Origin: the human T2T-CHM13v2.0 reference genome, Homo sapiens
Length of the DNA: 64,000 nucleotides
Direction: 5' to 3' (one strand)
NCBI RefSeq assembly: GCF_009914755.1
Contig: NC_060936.1
Of the stretch, positions 30,438 to 44,699 are shown one piece after another. The stretch's first letter is position 1. Every line of letters starts with the position of its first letter. Under the pieces are notes generated by a model. The model did not search any database and had not been told where the DNA came from. It was given only the letters and a program-made list of their open reading frames with translations. Made by a program: the position numbers and the translations under genes.

Positions 30438-30617
30438 TATTCGAATAGGTGATTTCCTTTCTTTTGGATGAATATTCAGTAGTGAAGTTTCAAATTTAAA
30501 ATGATCATACCTTAACTTTTCAAGTTTCAAAGAAATTTTCAAGAGGATATTTCAGTTGTCATGTAAATGCTGTTATGTGCATGGCAAAATAAAAATAAAA
30601 AAAGAAATTGATGTAGT

Positions 30618-31379
30618 TGTGGTGTTATTATATACATTTCATTGTTCCTGGCTCATAACTCACATAGCCCCTGTTACAGACTTTTGTTATAATGTTGGGT
30701 GTGTCAGGTCCCACGAAATGGAACCTCTCTGACCTCTTACCCTCCTTTCTTCTGCTCTAAGGCAGGACTCTAACTTTTCCCCACCTTTCTAATTGTGGGT
30801 CATAGGACTGTCATTCCAGAAGGATGCTGATCTCAAAAAGCTTCCATAAAAATCCAAGAGGACTGGGTTCTGGGAGCTTCCAGATAGCTGAATATATGGA
30901 GGTCCCTGGATGCACCAGGGAGGAATGGCCCAGGCCCCATCCCCCATACCTGACCTTATGCATACCTTCATCTGTTTCCTTTATAATATCCTTTATAATG
31001 AACAGATAAATGTAAGTCAGAGTTTCCCTGAGTACTGTGAGCTACTCCAGCAAATTAATCAAACTCAGAGATAAGAGTCCTGGGAATCCCAAATTGAAGC
31101 CACTTGGTCAGAAGTTGCAGAGGCCTGGACTTGCCACTGGTAATGTGTGGGAGCAGTCTTGTGAGACTGCACCCTCAACCTGTGGGATAAAACGCTATCA
31201 CCAGGTAGATAGTGTCAGAATGGAACTGGATGACACCCAGTTGGTATCTGCTGCAGAACTGATTGCTTGCTTATTGGTCAGGAGAAACCACCATGTATTC
31301 TGAGGTCACAGAAGTCTTCTGTATTGATTGTTGTTGTGCTGGGGTAAGAGCACATTTTGAGAGAGTTTTTCCTACAACA
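30618..31379 (+). mobile_element. MER21-family solo LTR
   Basis: ttcctggctcataactc...gggagcttccagatagctgaa...gacacccagttggtatctgc...caaca; gtagt/gtggt flanks. Confidence 0.75.
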
Positions 31380-32175
31380 GTGGTTGCGGGGAAATAGAAA
31401 GAATTTTTCTTTATTAATCATGCTATTTATTTTTGGATCTCTGCCAGTGTGGATTTATATAAAACCTTGAAGCATAAATGATGTCTTTGAAACTTAAAGC
31501 TGTTCACTAAAAGATATACATACTTGAAATGCAGATATTCAATTTCTTGGTTACACAAAGCGATATGTTCAATTTCCTTCTGATAAGCTCAGGTATGCCT
31601 CACTTAAAAAAAAACAGAATAAAAGAATCTACATTTCTAATACTAATAAAAAAGAGGACAAAAATATATACAGTATAAAATATTCTTTTATCAAAAAAGT
31701 AGAAAAAATGATCACAGGATTCTTTTAAGACATTTATCCACTGGATTCAATCATCATTTGACTAATTAATATTGAGTCTTTTAAAAAAAATTATGACACA
31801 TGAAAGGAAAAAGAGTTTATGTGTTTCTTTATGTACAAATTACAACATATGTAGAAATAAATACAACTGAAGCCTTCCCAGTAAAATTAAATCAGTCTGA
31901 CTAAAAGTGCATTACTCTTTCCCCTGTGGTATAATGAGAATGGCACTAGAAGAAGAATCAGAAGAACTGAGTTAGCAATTGTAGATATGTGGCAATTCCA
32001 GAGAGCAGTTTTGCTTAGTTGCATGAATTTGGACAAAAGAGGAGAAAATACTTGGTGAACTCTATAAAGTTTTATCCACATTTAAGGTGTTAACAGTTCA
32101 AAATCTGAGAATTACAAGGAATATGAAGAACAGAAGACGGCAGAGAAATTGACCTAACAATTGTATAATAGGGCA

Positions 32176-32423
32176 CTCTCTCTCTCTATATATATATATC
32201 TCTATAGATACATAGATATATATATGGATATATATATGTCAGATTATATATATATACATATATATACAGATATATAATTGTCAGATTATATATATTTCCA
32301 AATACAACATAATAAGATGCATTGTCAGATAATAATAAGATGTAATTGTCAGATATATATCTATAATAATATATAATAATATAACAATAATAAGATGTAA
32401 TTGTCAGATATATATATATATCC

Positions 32424-32472
<49 letters not shown>

Positions 32473-32500
32473 TAGGTATAAAGATATGGATAGATAAATA
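32176..32500. repeat. Complex AT-rich repeat: (TC)(TA)(GA) with repeated ttgtcagat units
   Basis: Directly visible. Confidence 0.9.
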
Positions 32501-34199
32501 TAGAAATCTAACTCCCTATATAACCAATTCTAAGTAGGTGAGAAAAAAATTGAATTTACTTTTCAATGACTTTTAATTATCTGATAATCTGTGTGCTTCA
32601 TGTTGACAAATCCAAAACTTGCCCTTTGATCCTCATGCTACTTGATACTTTACAAATATTTTATAATTTTGGCTTACTTTGCTTCTTCAAATGTTTCTTT
32701 TTCCTTTTGATTCCATGGTACCACACTTCCTAATTTTCTTCTTACTTCTCTGGACTTTATTTCTGGATCTGCTTATCATTCTCTACTTGACTATTGTCTA
32801 TTTAGTTCTTCAAAACTTACAACGCTTTCTTGTTTAACGCATTACTATCTCCCTAGGCAATCTCATTCATATTCACAGTTATACTCACTACATAAAATTT
32901 TAACCTTAATGTATTCAAATTCAGCCTAGGCTCACATTTCAAAACAATAAGACTGATGACTGAATCTAAGAAGAAGAAATTACAGCAGCCAGAAGGCAAT
33001 AAAAAGAAATGTTTAAACTGGTAAAACAACAACAAAAAACAAAAACAAAAACAAAAAACTCTCCCTGTCTAGAATTCTATATTCATTAAAATTATCCCTC
33101 AACAATTAGGCAAGACAAAGACATTTTCAGATAAACAAAACTAAGACATGGAGTATTTACATGAGTAAATGGAAAAGTATGTTTGATTACTTGCAGAAAA
33201 TGTGGCTATAAGATATTTTTAAAAATGTATATGACAGTGGAACACAGAGGCAGAAGCATGTAAATGAAGATCAATTGCTGTAAAAATTTTCATATTGCAG
33301 GAAGTAGGAAAAAATATTAAATTAGACTATTATTAAGTCAAAGATTTATACTGCATTATGTGTTGCAACCATTAAAATAATATAATTTTTAACTATTAGA
33401 TAATTTAAAAATAGGATAATAAAAATATTAATCTAAAACAAGGCAATAAAATAAAAATAAAGAAACAAAGAATAGAGGATAGACAATTATAGCAAAACAA
33501 ATATTAAATGGTATACTAAATCCAAATATCTCAAAAATTAAATAAAATTTAAATGGACTGAACACAATAGCTAAATTATAAGGTTTATTAGACTAGTTTT
33601 AAAACAATAAAATTATTTTTAAATATCCAACTATATTCTTGAAAAATTATACTCAAATAAATGAAAATACAGAATTTTAAAAAATAGAATGGGAAAAATA
33701 TACACCATAAAGACACTAACAAAACTAAGTTGCTGTGGCTATATTAATACAAAAAAAGTATAAAAATTATTACTTTAATTTTTGTTATTAATTTAACTTT
33801 AATGTACATGATTTAATAATATAGCTTGCACATATAAGCTGAAAACTCAAGAAATAAAAGTACATAAATCTATGAAAATAGAGATTTTTAACTCACATTT
33901 TTGAATAAATAATAGAATAAGAACAGAAAACAAAAAATAGTAAGTACATTAAAAATTTGAGTATAGAGTTAAATAACTTAACACAGAAAAAGTGGTATAA
34001 TAACTGCAGAATGCATCTTATTATGTTTTATTTGGAAATAATTAGAAATGTACAGAGAAAATGCAGAATAAGAAAAGTACAAAAGACATCATAAATCCTC
34101 TACCCAGATTCATCTATCTTTAATATGTTACCCAAATTTTATTATTATCTGATTTATCTCCATAGACAGACTTATAGATACAGATATAAAAATGTATGC

Positions 34200-34472
34200 A
34201 TTTGGCCCTCTATATCCATGAGTCTGACATCCACCAATTCAAGTGAGCAGATAAAAAATGTATTTTAAAAGGATTAATATTGCATATGTACTGAGTATGT
34301 ATAGATGTTTTCCTTTTTAATATTCCCTGAAAAATAAATTATAACAACTATTATCATAGTATTTACATTGTATTAGGTATTATAAGTAATCTAGAGATGA
34401 TGTAAAATATGTAGCAGAAGATATGTTGGTTGTATGCAAATACTACACTATTTTATATCAGAGACTTGAGCA
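34200..34472 (-). mobile_element. MER2/MER2B fragment
   Basis: tattaggtattataagtaatctagagatg...tatatcagagacttgagca. Confidence 0.75.
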
Positions 34473-35052
34473 AGGGCCATATCTTCACATATCATCGCAT
34501 TGGTGATTACAGTTTCATCATATAAATTTTTGAAGAACACAGTTTTAGTACATAGAAAAGGAGGTGCACAATAGAGAAAATCCACAGTCAAAAGTTTGTT
34601 CTTTACGAAGACCAATAAAAGTAATAAACTGATAGTTAAGATTTATAAAAGTAATAAACACCTAGTTAAACAAATGAAATAAAATAACTGGACATCACCA
34701 CAGATCCTGATAACATTTAAAAGGCAATTAGAGGGTTTTATAAATAACTTTATGCAAATAAATTTGACAATTTAGATAAAATTGACGCATTTTTAAGAAA
34801 AGAGTCCACCAAAACTGGTATAATAAAAATTCTGAATAGTCCTATTACAGCTAAATACATTTAACCAATAATAATAATAATAATAAAAGCTTTCCCACTA
34901 AGAACAATTCAGATCCAGTTGATTTCATGCCTGATTTTTAAAAATTGTTGATAAAAAATTAATACCATTCTTATATAAACTTTCAGAAGATAAGAAAACT
35001 TACTGTCATAGTTATATGACAGTATCTCTAATAAGTATAGGAGCAAAATTTC

Positions 35053-37313
35053 TGATATGGTTTAGCTGTATCCCCACCCCAATCTCACCTTGAATTTTAA
35101 TAATCTCCACGTGTCAAGGGTGGGGCCAGGTGGACATAATTGAATCATGGGGGCATTTTCCACCACATTGTTCTTGTGGTAGTGAATAAGTCTCATGAGA
35201 TCTAATGGTTTTAAAAATAGGAGTTCCCCTGCACAAGCTCTCTTGCCTGCTGCCATGCAAGATGTGATTTTGCTCTTCATTTGCCTTCCACCATGACTGT
35301 GACGCTTCCCCAGCCATGTGGAACTGTGAGTCAATTAAACCTCTTTCCTTTATAAATTACCCATCTTGCATATCTCTTTATTAGCAGCATGAGAACAGAC
35401 TAATACAGTAAATTGGTACAGGTTGAGTGGGGTGCTGCTGTAAAGATACCTGAAAATGTGGAAACAACTTTGAAACTGGGTAACAGACAGAGGTTGGAAC
35501 AGTTTGGAGCATTCTGAAGAAGACAGGAAGATGTGGGAAAGTTTGAAATTTCCTAGAGACTTGTTGAATGGCTTTGACCAAAATGCTGATAGTGATATGG
35601 ACAATGAAGTCTAGGCTGGGGTGGTCTCAGATGGAGATGAGGAACTTCTTGGGAACTGGAGTAAAGGTTGGAACTTCTTGGGAACTGGAGTAAAGGTTAC
35701 TCTTAATATGCCAAGAGACTGGTGGCATTTTGTTCCTGCCCCAGATATCTGTGGAATTTTGAACTTGAGAGATATGATTTAGGGCATCTGGAAGAAGAAA
35801 TTTCTAAGCAGCAAAGTTTTCTAGAGGAAGCAGAGCATAAAAGTCTGAAAACTTTGCAGGCTGATGATGCAGTAAAAAAGAAAAACCCATTTTCTGGGGA
35901 GAAATTCAAACCAGCTGCAGAAATTTGTGTAACGAGACAAATGATAGTCGCCATGACAATAGGGAAAATATCTCGAGGGCATGTCAGACACCTTCAAGGC
36001 AGCCCCTTCTTTCACAGGCCTGGGGGCCTAGGAGGACAATATGGTATCATGGGCTGGAACCAGGGTCCCCCTGCTCTATGCAGCCCAGGGAATTCGTGCC
36101 CTGCGTCCCAGCTGCTCTAGCCATGGCTAAAAGGGGTCAAAGTACAGCTTGGGCTGTGGCTTCAGAGGGTGTAAGCCCCAAGGCTTGGCAGCGTCCATGT
36201 GGTATTGAGCCTGTAGATGCTCAGAAGTTAAGAATTGTGGTTTGGGAACATCCGCCTAGATTTCAGAGGATGTATGGAAATGCCTGGATGTCCAGGCAGA
36301 AGTCTGCTGCATGGGCAGGGCCCTCATGAATACCCTCTGCTAGGGCAATGCAGAAAGGAAATGTGGTGTTGGAGCCCCCCGACAGAGTCCCTACTGGGGC
36401 ACTGCCTAATGAAGCTGTGAGAAGAGGGCCACCATCCTCCAGACCCCAGAACGGTAGATCCACTGACAGTTTGCACCGTGCCACTGGAAAGGCCACAGAC
36501 GCTCAATGCCAGCCTGGGAAAGCAGCCAAGAGGGAGGCTATACCCTGCAAAGCCACAGTGGTGGAGCTACCCAAGATCATGGGAACCCACCTCTTGCATC
36601 AGTGTGACCTGGATGTGAGACATGGAGTCAAAGGAGATCATTTTGGTGCTAAGATTTGACTGCCCCATTGGATTCAGACTTGCATGGGACCTGTAGCCCC
36701 TTCATTTTGAACAATTTCTCCCATTTGGAATGGTTGTATTTACCTAATGCCTGCAACTCCATTATATCTAGGAAGTAACTAACTTGCTTTTGATTCTACA
36801 GACGCATAAGCAGAAAGGACTTGCCTTGTCTCAGATGAGACTTAGGACTGCAGACTTTTGAGTTAATGCTGAAATGATTTAAGACTGTGTGGGACTGTTG
36901 GGAAGGCATGATTGGTTTTGAAATGTGAGGGCATTAGATTTGGGAGGGGCTGGGGTGGAGTGATATGGTTTGGCTGTTTCCTCAACCAAATCTCATCTTG
37001 AATTGTAATAATTTCCATGTGTTAAGGGCAGGGCCAGGTGGAGATAATTGACTCATGGGGGGCGGTTTCCACCGTACTGTTCTTGTGGTAGTAAGTCTTG
37101 CAAGATCTGATGGTTTTAAAAGTGGGAGTTCCCCTGCACAAGCCCTCTTGCCTGCTTCTATGTAAGACATGATTTTGCTTCTCATTCACCTTCCACCGTG
37201 ATTGTGAGGTCTCCCCAGCCATGTGGAGCTGCAAGTCAATTAAACCTCTTTCCTTTATAAATTATCCAGTCTTGGATATGTCTTTATCAGCAGAGTGAGA
37301 ACAGACTAATACA
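35053..37313 (+). mobile_element. Complete THE1C-like MaLR element (5' LTR 35053-35407, internal region, 3' LTR 36961-37313)
   Basis: Two tgatatgg...taataca LTRs; 5-bp TSD atttc at 35048-35052 and 37314-37318; 29-bp tandem duplication at 35641-35698. Confidence 0.95.
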
Positions 37314-37904
37314 ATTTCTGAACAAAATATAAGCTAATTGAATTCAGGATATATATTAAAAAGATAATAAACTTTAACTACATGAAGTTTACTTCAGGAA
37401 TACAATGTGGGTTTAAAGTTTAAAAGTTTACCATATTAACAGAATAAAGAAGAAATATACAACTTTCTTACTGAATTAAAAATTTTTTTCTGATAAATTC
37501 AACACCTCTTAAAGATCAATAACTTCCAGTAAACTAGAAATAGAATGGCTTTTCTTAATTTAATAAAGGTAATGTGCAAATAGCCTATAGCTAACATTAT
37601 ACTTTGCGGTAAAAATTTTAATTCCTGAGCCCAGGAGTGAAACAAAAAGGAGTGGGAATGATGAAAAAAAAATATTGCAATTGGACAATGACATGTAAAA
37701 CTCTCTTCATTTACAATTAATGTAATTGTATACATAAAAATTTCAAGATAATCTAGAAATAAAATTAATCTCATTCATAATTAAACTTTGCAGGTATCTG
37801 GAAACAAGTTCAATATACAACAACCAATTGTATTTCTATATACTTGGAACAAATAACTGGGAAGCAAAGTAAAATCTTTAAAACACTATTTGAAATGGCA
37901 TTTT

Positions 37905-39060
37905 GAAAAACCAGAATATGCAAAAGAATGAAACTGTACCCTAATCTCACATTATATACAAAAATTAATTTAAAATGGATCAAAGTCCTAAATGTAATAA
38001 CAAAAAGTATAAAACTCTTAGAAGAAAATATAGAAGAAAAGCTCCAATGACATTGGATTTGTAGGTTATTTCTTAGATATGAAACCTAATGCACAGGCTT
38101 TTGTGCTGAAAAGAAAAAAAATTAATGAATTGAATATCATCAGAATTAAAAACTTTTTATATTAAAGGATGCTATTAACAGGGTGAAAAGGCAATCCACA
38201 GAAAGGGGTAAAATTGTTGCAAGTCATTATCTAATAAAGAATTAATGTTAAGAATATATAAAGAACTCTGACAATTCAACACCAAAAATACAAACAACCA
38301 TATTAAAAAATGAGCAAAGGACTTGAATGTGTGTTTTGCCAAAGAAGATATACAAATGACGATAAGTATGTGAAACAATGCTCAATATCACTAAGCATTA
38401 CAAAAATGAAATCAAAACCACAAACAAAAATTAATTGTTGACAGAGATATGAAGAAATTAGAACTTCTTTGCTTTTCTGATGGGAATGTAAAAATGGTAC
38501 AGCCATTATCAAAATATTATGGTAGTTCTTCAAAAAAATTAGCATAGCATTATCATATGATCCAGCAATTCCACTTTTGTGGGCATTTGGGTTGCTTCTC
38601 AAAGAAACTGAAAGCAGAGTTTTGAGAAGATATTTGTGCACCTGTGTCCATAACAACATTATTCCACAAGAGCTAAAACATAGAAGTAACCCGTGTCCAT
38701 TCATAGATAAATGGAATAACAAAATGTATATGCATACAATAGAATATTATTCAGACTTAAAAAAGGAAGTTCTGACATATGCTACAACATATATGAACCT
38801 TGAGGACATTACACTAAGTGAAACAAGCTAGCCACAGAAAAACAGATAAGTCAAAATTATTGAGACAGAAAGTAGAATAGTAATTTCCAGGGGCTGTGGA
38901 AGAGGAGAATGGAGAGTTGTAGTGTTTCAGTTTTATAAGATGAAAATAATTTTGGTGATGGATGGTGGTGATGGTTACACAACAATGTGAATGGACTTAA
39001 TGCCACTGAACTATACACTTAAAATAATAAATTTTCTGCATACTTTACCATAATAAATAA
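37905..39060 (+). mobile_element. L1MB-type 3' fragment nested in the older L1M
   Basis: gatggatggtggtgatggttacacaacaatgtgaat...tgccactgaactatacacttaaaa. Confidence 0.8.
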
Positions 39061-41449
39061 ACAATATACCTAGGATTAAAGCTAATGCAAGGTAAAACCT
39101 GTGTCCTTAAAACTACAAAGAAGAGCCGAGAAAAAGACAAAGAGACTTAAATAAATGAAGTGAGGCAAACATAAATTAGAAGACTCGATACTGCCAGAAC
39201 AGAAATTCTTCCCAAACTAGTTTATAGATTTAATAAAATTCCAGTCAAAGTTTCTGAAAGTATTTTTGGAAAAATTAATACAATTTTATTTTTGGAAACC
39301 CAAAGATACTTGAATAGCAAAGACAATTTTGAGCATGTTCAACAAGTTATAGAATTTACATCATCAGATTACAAGACGGGTTATAAAGCTTTAATAATTA
39401 AGACAATGTGGTATTGGCCTAAGAATAGTCAAATAAAAGAATAACTACAATAGTTAAGAAGTAGACTTACACATACCAGGCCATTTTATTTATAAATAAA
39501 TAGGCCAATGACAGTCAGTGAGGAAAGAGTGGTCTTTTTAATAATGGTACTAGAAAATTAGATATAAATAAGAAATATTGAATCTCTATTTTTATGTTCA
39601 CCATAATCCAAAAGAAATTCAATTTGCATAGTCAATTCAATTGAAAATGTAAAACCATGAGACTTCTAGACAAGAACATGGGAATATGTCTTTATTACTA
39701 TAAGATAGGCAAAGATTTTTTAAACATGACATACAAAAATAATTAAAAATTGCCAAACTGTACAACATTTAATTAAGAATGTTTGTTACTCAAAAAGTAT
39801 CAACAGAGTTCATAAGTAAGACACTCTTATAATTACAGAATATAAGAAAGTATTTAGAATAAATGTACCTGAGAAAGGACTCATATCTAGAATACATAAA
39901 GAACTATAACTAAACAATAATAGATAAATACCTTAATTTCAAAAAATAAATGGCCAAAAGACTGACCAAGCACTTCACAAAAGTGGTTCAATAAGCATGA
40001 AAAGTTCCACATCATTTATTATCAAAGAAATTAAAATTGAAATGATAAAACACCCATCACAGTAGCTAACATGAAAAGGAATGAACATTTCAAATGTTGT
40101 AACAGAGATGGAGTAGGTAAAACTCTTTCACTCTGCAAGTGTTAGTATAAGTTGCTACAACCACTTTGGCAAACTTTTGGCAAAGGTAAAACCTACATTT
40201 ACCCTAGACTCATTACTTCTATTTTTAGATATTCGTAAGAGTACATATGTGTACCATATGATTTGTTCCTAGCAGCTTTATTTAGAATAGCCATGTACTT
40301 GTAAAAACATAAATGGCCACCACCAAGAGAACAAACACACAGATTATGCACATGCAAACTCATGGGAATGCTATACAGCGCTAAAAAAGAACAAATTAGT
40401 GATAACCACAACAGCATAGATGACTGTCACAGACATAATTTTGAGTAAAAGAAATAATATATACTGTATGATTCAATTCATATGAAATTCAAGACAGGTG
40501 AAATTAATCAATGTTGTTGACTAGGAGAATACTGAGTATCTCTGGAGGAAGGTATTGACTGGGACGGATTTCAGTACAAGGGCACCTTCTGGAGCTTGGT
40601 ATCTTGATCTGGGTCATGGTTGTTAAATTGATGTAGTAATATGTAAACATTTTTATGTTAAAATTACTCTAGCAATATACTTTAAATTAGTGCAATTAAT
40701 TATTCATACGTATATCTCATTTTAAAACTAAACACCTACGCGTGAACACAAGGTTAGGTATGATCAAAAGGCTTTGAAAATATGGAGCTGAAAACCATTC
40801 CTTTGGCCCATAGACACTTAGTAAGCCCAGCTGAAGAAGCGCCTAGCTAAACAGCCCATCCTCATCACATGCTTCATCTGTAAGACTAAGCATAAGCAAG
40901 TCTGAGAAACACTCAGTCTGGTTAAATTTTTTATGTTGATACACAATGACTTCCCCTTCTAGTTCCTTCATGCTTTGTAAGGCTTTGCTGACAAGACCAT
41001 GAATCTTTTTAAATGTGTATCATGACATGATGAATTACTCTTGAAGATGGAAGAATTTTTAAACAATCTCCTTTCTGCACAATAATTACTAATTTATTCT
41101 ATAACACGAGTATTCTTAAATCTTATTTCCTTTTCCTTCAAATAATGAGGCAGTTGTTGCCCTGGATGTGGTTTTCAAATAGGAAATTAGTGCAGAGATT
41201 ATATCTTCAGAAACCTACTTTTCAGGATACCCACGATTCTCCTATTTATTCCCATATTATTGATCTCTCTTAAAATGCTTACATTAGTTTTGTTGCATGC
41301 TTAATTTTTCAGTACTAATGGACTCCTAATTAAATTATATAAATGAATGAATTAAACATAGTTAACATAATACTTAATGCTAAAATTAGAGAGGAAGAAT
41401 CTGTTATTCTATAAAACTGGAAATAAAAAGACAATGTAATCAAGTTCAT

Positions 41450-41770
41450 ATTTATTTTTTATTTTTATTTATTTGTATTTTGAGACAGGGTCTCTCTGTG
41501 TCACCTAAGGTAGAGCGCAATGGCAGAATCATGGCTTGCTGCAGTCTCAACCTGCTGGGATAAAGTAATTCTCTCATCTCAGCCTCCCAAGTAGCTGGGA
41601 CTATAGGCACACACCACCACATCCAGTTAATTTTTTTTTTACTTAATTTTTTGTGGAGACTGGGTCTCACTGTGTTGCCCAGGCTGGTCTTGAACTTCTG
41701 GGCTCAAATGATCTTCTTGCCTCGGCCTCCCAAAGTGCTGATATTACAGGCATGAGCCACCCTGACCAGC
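41450..41770 (-). mobile_element. AluJ
   Basis: gagacagggtctc...tcatggcttgctgcagtctcaacc, J-type. Confidence 0.88.
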
Positions 41771-43649
41771 TCTGTACTTACTTTTCTAAGCACAGTTAAG
41801 TAAGAAAAGCTTTCAGCATCATGATATCAATCATCAAGTGAAATGTGTTCAATTTCTTAAACCTATGCAAAATCTATATCTTCTATCTCATATAGTTATA
41901 TGGTTCAATATTTTTTTATCTTTTTTTAAAACAGCTTCATTGAAGTATAATTAATATACAAAAACTGCACACATTTAATGTATACAATCTGATGAGTTTG
42001 TACATATTTATACATTGCAAAATCATCACCACAACCAAGGTAATAAACATATTCATTACCTTCAAGTGTTTCTTTATGCTTCTTCATTTTAAGAAATTTG
42101 CGTATTGAGAAGTCTTTTTCTTTGATATAATCAAAACAAGAGGTTTTGAATAATAAAATAATTTTGTGAAAATAATTAAAGCTATAAATACAATTTAAAG
42201 GATGTTAATTATTCTTTTCTTTTAAAACATTAGTTTTATTCAGTGTTAATGTGCATGAGATGAATAGAAGCGTAAGCAATAAATTTATAATTTACAAATT
42301 GTGAGCAATGTGAGCAATTTCATTTGAATACCAATAATAATCTGATTGAGTTTAGCAAAAATAATTAACCAACTGGCATATAATTTAGCTTTGGTTTTGT
42401 GAGCCAGCATAAAAATTCATTAATCTAAAATAACTTTAAAGATCACTATCATTTTAAAATGATTTTTCTCACTATTTGTCTTGTCTTCTCTTCAAACTGT
42501 GTTTTCTGTTCCAGTCAAAGTTTAAAATATGACATTAATACAAAATTAATTCTTAACATTTATCATACTTGTCTATTACTATGTCAAAGATCTTACCAAG
42601 ATATAGAAATTAAGTGTAATTGATTTGAGCTGTAATTTTTAAGAATCTAGACTTTGAAACATTCATTGTCTATCACCATTGCCATTCATATTCACTGCCC
42701 CTCTAGAATCATGGCCATTAACTAGTACAATATCTCCTAGTCTCCTAAACTAAAATTGTAGTACTTCATTAAAAAGAGAAAACTCTAAGATATGTACTAA
42801 ACCAGATGGGATTACAGGATTTTTGATTACTTGATTACTGTAAATCAAGAAGAAGTGTATGTTTCTGACTGTGATCTTGAAAGATTTCTCACAGAGGTGG
42901 CACTACATTTTGGATTTAAAAGAGGCAGCAGTGTTTAACAGACAGAAATGGTAGTGAAGATACTGCAGACAGAGAGGATGGGTATAAGAAAAACTCAAAA
43001 TCTGTATTTCTGTTAAGCAAACCAATTTTCTTGGTCTCTGTAGCAATACAAAAGTTCAAGATGTAATCAAACGTTTTAAAAAACACTGATGCTTTCCATA
43101 CCAAAAAAAACCTTGCATGCATTTTCTTGATGCATTCCAATATGCAGGATAATACCACTGTTGGCAAAAGATGATTTTATGTATGTAAACACAATAGTAA
43201 ATAATTAAGCCAAGTAATAAGACAAGTACTCTCTTCAATCTCTCTAATTACTTCAGAAATAACATCTTTCTCTGTTACCTATTGTCTATACCTTTGTATA
43301 GTTGACAATATATTTTTTCAAGTAACACTGAACTGGCAAAAACTTTATAATTGTTCAATCATAAATTTAATACAATTTATTAATTTGAATAAATTAAAAA
43401 TAAAATTAATCATATTAGGTATTACATTTTATTTGTGGAGACTGATGCTTTTTTATTTAAAGTTGTGATGTAGAGTTTTATTTTTAAATAAGTTTCCTTA
43501 AGAAAAAAGCAAGTTGACTTAAATACAAAATGTAGTTAATGTAATTTGCAAAATGGCAAAAAATATAAAGTTCCTACATAAGAATTTGAATTGGGGAAAG
43601 AGTGTGCTCAAGATTCGGAAGCAATAAAGAAAGAAAATTTTGAGCTCAC

Positions 43650-43734
43650 CACAATAGTGACCAGACATTTAAACGTATCAAAATAAAGACCCCTTAAATT
43701 TGTTTTACAAAGACATCGGTTTTCCAGGTGTCCT
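43650..43734 (-). other. Candidate 85-nt internal exon
   Basis: tattgcattttag|AGGACACC...ATTGTG|gtgagc in non-repeat DNA; one open frame. Confidence 0.35.
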
Positions 43735-44699
43735 CTAAAATGCAATATTTAATCCCAAAGTTTATCTCTTTATCTTTAACATGTAAATCCACCTGGGAAA
43801 TTTTAGAGTAGTTCATATTTTTTTTAAACATTGCTCATGAATTCCACCATTGTTATATGATCATATCTGTTATCTGACCTCACCCTTCCAACTGAACATA
43901 TTTTATACATATCCTTATTTGGATTTTCTCTCAAAATATTCTACAGAAATTAGAGGAGAAATGTTATATAAAATATTTTTAGAGAATAGTAAGTTAACTG
44001 TATCTGACTTTTATAAGAGCACTTTTAACTATGGTGTCTTTTTATTAATACCTGCCATAATGAATTCGGTTACTTTGGGTTGGACAAATATTTTCTACAG
44101 TTTTTTATTGACATAAAAGTATAGCTATTATTTATTTACTTCAGATCTTTATACATTAAAAAATAAGTTTAAGCATTCTGCAGCAACCACTTCCCTATTT
44201 TCATGCAATATTAACTGCATATATATAAAGGATATTTTCAAATGACACTTAAAAACGCTCACTTGTGTTTTACTTCATGTACATAATTTGCTTGGTTAGA
44301 ATGAAGGTTGTGCTAACATTTTAATACTAGCTACACTGTGATTTATTTATGAAAGCTTGTCAAGACACAACTCAACCATTACTTTCACTCCTTTCTTACA
44401 TTAATTCCTACATCATGCCTTATGCTTCTAAATTGGGTTGGACATTAACCTGCAAGCAAACATTCAGATAAAATTTACTGAACATTAATTATGAATTGAA
44501 GCAATCTCAAGAGTCACAAAAAAATACTAAATTGTTAAAAAAAAAAAAAAAAGAAGAAGGCAGAGTCTCTGCCAGTAAGTATTTAAATGCTACTTCAAGA
44601 AACACAAAATATAAGCATGGGAAAACTTTAAGGGAATTTAACAAGCAGCTTGCCATTGAACATGCATTAACTAAAATGGCAGTTGAGAAGAGAAGAGAA

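Larger units (their letters stand above)
32960..40730 (+). mobile_element. Fragmented ancient L1M (ORF1 end to 3' UTR) interrupted by MER2, THE1C and L1MB insertions
   Basis: Collinear decayed L1 motifs on both sides of the insertions (aaatttgacaatttagataaa, caggaatacaatgtgggttt, tgtggtattggc). Confidence 0.65.

Noticed and set aside
35722-36659. Cluster of 100-134 aa ORFs
   Set aside because: Fragments of the THE1 internal region, frameshifted; not host genes
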